This document shows, piece by piece, positions 63,151 to 64,000 of a stretch of 64,000 nt of DNA (position 1 is the stretch's first letter; each line of letters starts with the position of its first letter). The notes beneath the pieces were generated by a model. It was not told the DNA's origin, ran no database searches, and worked only from the letters and a program-made list of their open reading frames with translations. A program made the position numbers and the translations under genes. The stretch lies in assembly GCF_032444005.1 (NCBI RefSeq), contig NC_091286.1:72230001-72294000 (forward strand), in the 5' to 3' direction. The stretch is from Ranitomeya imitator. Taxonomy: Eukaryota.

Positions 63151-63591
63151 GTTTCCAGTCTTCCCGGCAGCCATCTTGAAGAGCTGAGGTGCACAGCAGC
63201 TGAGTATAAGCTGGCGGCTGACTGCTTCTGCTCTGCACTGGAGGCCGCTGCTCGAAGTTTGGAACATGATGGCGGCGAAATCCTTACAGATTTCCAGGAT
63301 GGACACGTCTGGTCTGTACCCCCTGAGGCCAGTGGTGGTGAATACGCAGGAGCTGGACATACGTGTGGCTGTCGGCTGCTCCACAACAAAGCTGATCTAC
63401 AGTGGACTGTGCTCGGGAGCCCGTGTCCGCCATTCAGCCCCCGAACTCGCACAGAGGTCCCCCCAGTCTTACTAGCCGAAGAGGCTCTGATTTTAGATGG
63501 CTTCTCTGCAAAGTGTAATGGTATAAGGGTGGCTGTGGACACGGCGGGGCTCATTTTGGATCTGGCATATGTTGTTAAAGATACAAATTAA
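63151..63591 (+). CDS. MKKS: MKKS exon 6 (441 nt, terminal); total CDS 1719 nt = 572 aa
   Basis: ttcccAG|VSSL...FCSALE...SLEHDGGEILTD...VAVDTAGLILDLAYVVKDTN*; the exon sizes add up in frame. Confidence 0.96.
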   Translation, partial: VSSLPGSHLEELRCTAAEYKLAADCFCSALEAAARSLEHDGGEILTDFQDGHVWSVPPEASGGEYAGAGHTCGCRLLHNKADLQWTVLGSPCPPFSPRTRTEVPPVLLAEEALILDGFSAKCNGIRVAVDTAGLILDLAYVVKDTN

Positions 63592-63599
63592 TATAAAAA

Positions 63600-63605
63600 A
63601 TTAAA
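63600..63605 (+). terminator. Possible MKKS poly(A) signal (ATTAAA)
   Basis: Variant hexamer 9 nt after the stop codon; the real 3' end is not determinable. Confidence 0.3.
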
Positions 63606-63902
63606 ACTGTTTTCATCCCATTCTATGAGAACAAATCCATGAGTGATCAATGAATCCACTTGCATCTGGACAAAGATCTACAGCTCCTTAAATCTACAGC
63701 TCCTTAAAGGGCTTTTCCAGCCTTGTGATATTGGGATAGGACACAGTTTCATATCGATGAGCGTCCAAGCACTCGGGTGCCCCTTGCTAACCTCCCAGGG
63801 GCAAATCTGTTTATTTTACATTTTCTCTTTACATGTTGCACTCCTGTTTTCTGACTAAAAAACATCTCTGCGAAAGTGATGTCGTCCTCTAAGCGAGAAC
63901 AC

Positions 63903-64000
63903 TAGTGATGAGCGAATATACTCGTTGCTCTGGTTTTCCCGAGCACGCTCAGGTGACCTCCGAGTATTTGCTAGTTTTCGGAGATTTAGTTTTCATTGCG
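63903..64000. mobile_element. Start of a hAT-type MITE (57517 family), cut by the window edge
   Basis: tagtgatgagcgaatatactcgttgct... Confidence 0.75.

Overview
Vertebrate genomic DNA, most likely anuran (inferred from the repeat families and the MKKS protein). The right third holds a complete MKKS/BBS6 gene on the + strand: non-coding exon 1 ending at 41991, exon 2 at 45118-45338, and coding exons 48927-49917, 54955-55130, 55770-55880 and 63151-63591, giving 572 aa. Its 5' leader carries two intact single-TM microprotein uORFs (61 aa and 50 aa). These match the mammalian uMKKS1/uMKKS2 peptides as I recall them, and each is followed by a candidate poly(A) signal. A CpG-rich, bidirectional-type promoter lies at about 41.7-42.0 kb. 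By synteny the left 41 kb is probably SLX4IP intron 1 on the - strand, but I could not recognise any SLX4IP coding exon. That region is mostly transposon debris: Tc1, MITEs, a solo LTR, a V-SINE and large minisatellites. The exception is an apparently very young, intact Penelope-like (Neptune-type) retroelement with a 1024-aa RT + GIY-YIG ORF, two 570-bp terminal repeats that look identical, a type I hammerhead ribozyme, a TATA/CpG promoter and a 5' intron. It is nested inside a TIR element, which is itself nested inside a CR1 fragment. MKKS introns also contain two TSD-flanked inverted-duplication insertions, a Helitron, a deleted L1 and a CR1 tail. No database search or alignment was run; family names and human comparisons come from motif recognition and memory.
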